NCBI GenBank assembly: GCA_030390025.1
Contig: CM059432.1
Location: 16,866,001-16,930,000, forward strand
Direction: 5' to 3'
DNA from: Squalus acanthias
Lineage: Eukaryota
Length of the DNA: 64,000 nt
In this document: one piece after another, positions 60,520-64,000 of the stretch
Position numbering within the stretch: position 1 is the stretch's first letter
Layout: the number at the start of each line of letters is the position of its first letter
The notes under the pieces: model-generated
What the model was told of the DNA's origin: nothing
Databases searched by the model: none
Seen by the model: only the letters and a program-made list of their open reading frames with translations
Made by a program: the position numbers and the translations under genes

Positions 60520-61797
60520 TTTTAAATAAATCTGTTGGACTATAACCTGGTGTTGTGCGACTTCTCATTTTTGTCCACCCCAGTCCAACGCCGGCATCTC
60601 CGCATCATGACCTCTATTTATGAAGCCCCGGATCCCGTATGCTTTTTTTAACCGCTTTCTCAACCTACCCTGCCACTTTCAACGATTTGTGCACATATAC
60701 CCCAAGGTCTCTCTGTTCATGCACCCCTTTAGAATTGTACCCTTTAGATTACATTGCCTCTCCTCATTCGCCCTACCAAAATGTATCACTTTGCACTTTT
60801 CTGCGTTAAATTTCATGTCTCATGTCCGCCCATTTCACCAGCCTGTCTATGTCTTCCTGAAGTCTATCACTCTCCTCCTCACTGTTCACTATACTTCCAA
60901 GTTTCGTGTCACCTGCAAATTTTGAAATTGTGCCCTGTACACCCAATTCCGTCATTAATATATATCAAGAAAAACAATCGTCCCAGTACCGATCCCTGGG
61001 GAACACCACTGTATACCTTCCTCCAGTCCGAAAAACAACCGTTCACCCCTGCTCTCTGTTGCCTGTCACTTAGCAAATGTCGTATCCATGCTGCCACTGT
61101 TCCTTTTATTCCATGGGCGTCAACTTTGCTGGCAAGCCTATTATGTAGCACATTATCAAACGCCTTTTGGAAGTCCATGTACACCATGTCAACCGCGTTG
61201 CCCTCATCAACCTTCTCTGTTACCTCATCAAAAAACTCAATCAAGTTAGATAAACACGATTTGCCTTTAACAAATCCGCGCTGGCTTTCCTTAATTAATT
61301 CACACTTGTCCAAGTGACTGTTAATTTTGTCCCTGATTATCGTTTCTAAAAGCTTCCCTGCTACCGAGGTTAAACTGACTGGCCTGTAGTTGCTGGGTTC
61401 ATCTTTACACCTTTTTTTGAGCAAGGGTGTAACATTTGCAATTCGCAAGTCCTCCAGCACCACCCCCATATCTCAGGATGATTGGAAGATTATGGCCAGT
61501 ATCTCCGCGATTTCCTCCTCAACTTCCCTCAGCATCCCAGTTGCATCCCATCCGGTCCTGGTGACTTATCAACTTTAAATACAGACAGCCTTTCAAGTAC
61601 TCTACATCAATTTTTATCTCATCCAGTATCTCAACTACCTCCTCTTTCATTATGACTTTGGCAGCATCTTATTCCTTGAAAAAGACAGATGCAAAGTACT
61701 CATTTAGTACCTCAGCCAAGCCGTCTGCCTCCATGCGTAGGTCTCCTTTTTGGTCCCTAATCGGGCCCACCCCTCCTCTTGCTACCCGTTTACTATT

Positions 61798-64000
61798 TGG
61801 TTGACTCTTAACTGCCCACTGCAATGGCCTAGCAAGCCACTCAGTTGTAACAAACTGCTACGAAACACAATAATATGAAACTGGACGGACCACCCGGCAT
61901 CGACCTCTGCACCGGCTATGGACACGGCACACCCAGCCCAGTCGACCCTGCAAAGTCCTCCTCTGGGGACATTGTGCCAAAATTGGGAGAGCTGTCCCAC
62001 AGTCTAGTCAAGCAGCAGCCTGACAGTCATACTCACAGAATCATACCTTTCAGCCAATGTCCCAAACTCCATCATCACCATCCCTGGGTATGTCCTGACC
62101 CACCGGCAGGAGACACCCACCAGGGGTGGTGGCACAGTAGTATACAGTCGGGAAGGAGTGGCTCTGGGAGTTTTCAACATTGACTCCGGACCCCATGAAG
62201 TCTCATGGCTTCAGGTCAAGCATGGACAAGGAAACCTCCTGCTGATTACCACCTACCGCCCTCCCTCAGCTGATGAATCAGTACTCCTCCATGTTGAACA
62301 CCACTTGGAAGAAGCACTGAGAGTAGCAAGGGCACAGAATGTACTCTGGGTGGGGGACTTCAATATCCATCACCAAGAGTGGCTCGGTAGCACCACTACT
62401 GACTGAGCTGGCCCAGTCCTTAAGGACATAGCTGCCAGTCTGGGCCAACGACAGGTGGTGAGAGAACCAACACGAGGGAAATACCTACTTGACCTTGCCC
62501 TCACCAATCTACCTGTCGCAGATGCATCTGTCCATGACAGTATTGGTAGCACTGACCGCCACACAGTCACTGTGCTAAATGGGATAGATTCAGAACAGAT
62601 CTAGCAGCTCAAAATTGGGCATCCATGAGGCACTGTGGGCCATCAGCAGCAGCAGAATTGTATTCCACCACAATCTGTAACCTCATGGCCCGGCATATCC
62701 TTCATTTTACCATTACCATCAAGCCAGGGGACCAACCCTGGTTCAATAAGGAGTGCAGAAGAGCATTCCAGGAGCAGCGCCAGGCATACCTAAATATGCG
62801 GCGCCAACCTGGGGAAGCTGCAACACAGGACTACATGCATGCTAAAAAGCAGAAGCAGCATGCTATAGACAGGGCTAAGCGATCCCACAATCAACAGATC
62901 GGATCAAAGCTCTGCAGTCCTGCCACATCCAGTCGTGAATGGTGGTGTACCATTAAACAACTAAAGGGAGGAGGAGGCTCCATGAATAACCCTATCCTCC
63001 ATGATGGTGGAGCCCAGCACTTGAGTGCAAAAGACAAGGCTGAAGAGTTTGCAATCATATTCAGCCAGAAGTGTCGAGTGGATGATCCATATTGGCCTCC
63101 TCCTGAGGTCCCCACCATCACAGAAGCCAGTCTTCAGCCAATTCGATTCACTCCACGTGCTATCAAGAAACGGCTGAGCGCACTGGATACAGCAAAAACT
63201 ATGGGCCCCGACAACATCCCAGCTATCGTGCTGAAGACTTGTGCTCCAGAACTAGCCGCGCCTCTAGCCAAGCTGTTCCAGTACAGCTACAACACTGGCA
63301 TCTATCCGACAATGTGGAAAACTGCCCAGGTATGTCCTGTCCACAAAAAGCAGGACAAATCCAATCCGGCCCCATCAGTCTACTCTCAATCATCAGCAAA
63401 GTGATGGAAGGGGTCATCAACAGTGCTATCAAGCGGCACTTACTCACCAATAACCTGCTCACGGATGCCCAGTTTGGGTTCTGCCAAGACCACTCAGCTC
63501 CCGACCTCATTAGAGGATTGGTCCAAACATGTCCAAAGTAGCTGAATTCCAGAGGTGAGGTGAGAGTGACTGCCCTTGGCATCAAGGCAGCATTTGACCA
63601 GGTGTGGCATCAAGGAGCCCTAGTAAAACTGAAGGAAATCAGGGGGGAAACTCCACTGGCTGGAGTCATACCTAGCACAAAGGAAGATGGTTGTAGTGGT
63701 TGAAGGTCAATCATCACAGTCCCAAGACATCAGGGCAGTGTCCTAGGCCAAACCATCTTCAGCTGCTTCATCAGTGACCTTCCCTCCAACATAAGGTCAG
63801 AAATGGGGTTGTTCGCTGATGACTGCAGTGTTGAGTGCCATTCACAATTCCTCAGATAATGAAGCAGTCCATGCCCCCATGCAACAAGACCTGGATGACG
63901 TTCAGGCTTGGGCTGATAAGTGGCAGGTAACATTCGCGCCACACAAGTGCCATGTAATGACTATCTCCAACAAGCGAGAGTCTAACCACCGCCCCTTGAC
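61798..64000 (+). mobile_element. CR1/Zenon-like LINE: 5' leader, AP endonuclease and RT, frameshifted, running off the window end
   Basis: Motifs VPKLGELSH.LVKQQPD, TTYRPPS, WVGDFN, PTRGKYLLDLALTN, DQPWFNKEC, KTMGPDNIP, AQFGF, IKAAFDQVWHQG and LFADD. Confidence 0.9.

Larger units (their letters stand above)
58188..60613. mobile_element. Penelope-like retroelement, Neptune type (family B), as a large inverted duplication
   Basis: The arm at 58186-59068 is the reverse complement of 59710-60571, with a unique spacer at 59069-59709 and a ~40-nt tail at 60572-60610. TSD CTATTTATGAA at 58177-58187 and 60614-60624. Confidence 0.93.
56718..61797 (-). mobile_element. CR1 LINE split into three pieces (56718-56741 tail, 57591-58187, 60614-61797)
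   Basis: YKTLVRPQLEYCVQFWAPH on the left piece. NYRPVSLTSVAGK, YMDFQKAFD and GVPQGSVLG on the right piece. Text is continuous across the Penelope insertion. Confidence 0.88.

Noticed and set aside
1..64000. CRISPR arrays, operons or prokaryotic defence systems
   Set aside because: No regularly spaced repeat-spacer array or prokaryotic gene organisation. All RT and nuclease motifs belong to eukaryotic retroelements.

Overview
Vertebrate genomic DNA, very likely a cartilaginous fish (shark). The basis is HE1-like V-SINEs, SacSINE1-like Deu-SINEs, and dense CR1/L2 LINEs. It reads as the interior of one very large intron: the only convincing host exon is a 27-nt minus-strand microexon at 3403-3429. 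Roughly half the window is transposon-derived: many CR1 and L2 fragments, a second LINE family (CR1/Zenon-like) whose 5' end seems to carry a tRNA-SINE head, several SINEs, and Tigger-like and hAT-like MITEs. There are four Penelope-like (Neptune-type) insertions from two families. One has an uninterrupted 605-codon RT + GIY-YIG frame. The other three are built as inverted repeats with a short terminal tail and carry minimal hammerhead ribozyme motifs. Other oddities are a ~500-bp orphan insert with a decayed reading frame between 63-bp direct repeats, a 110-bp fold-back palindrome at a (TA)n site, and a micro-inversion inside a SINE head. Family names come from my recognition of motifs, not from database searches, and boundaries of old repeats are approximate.
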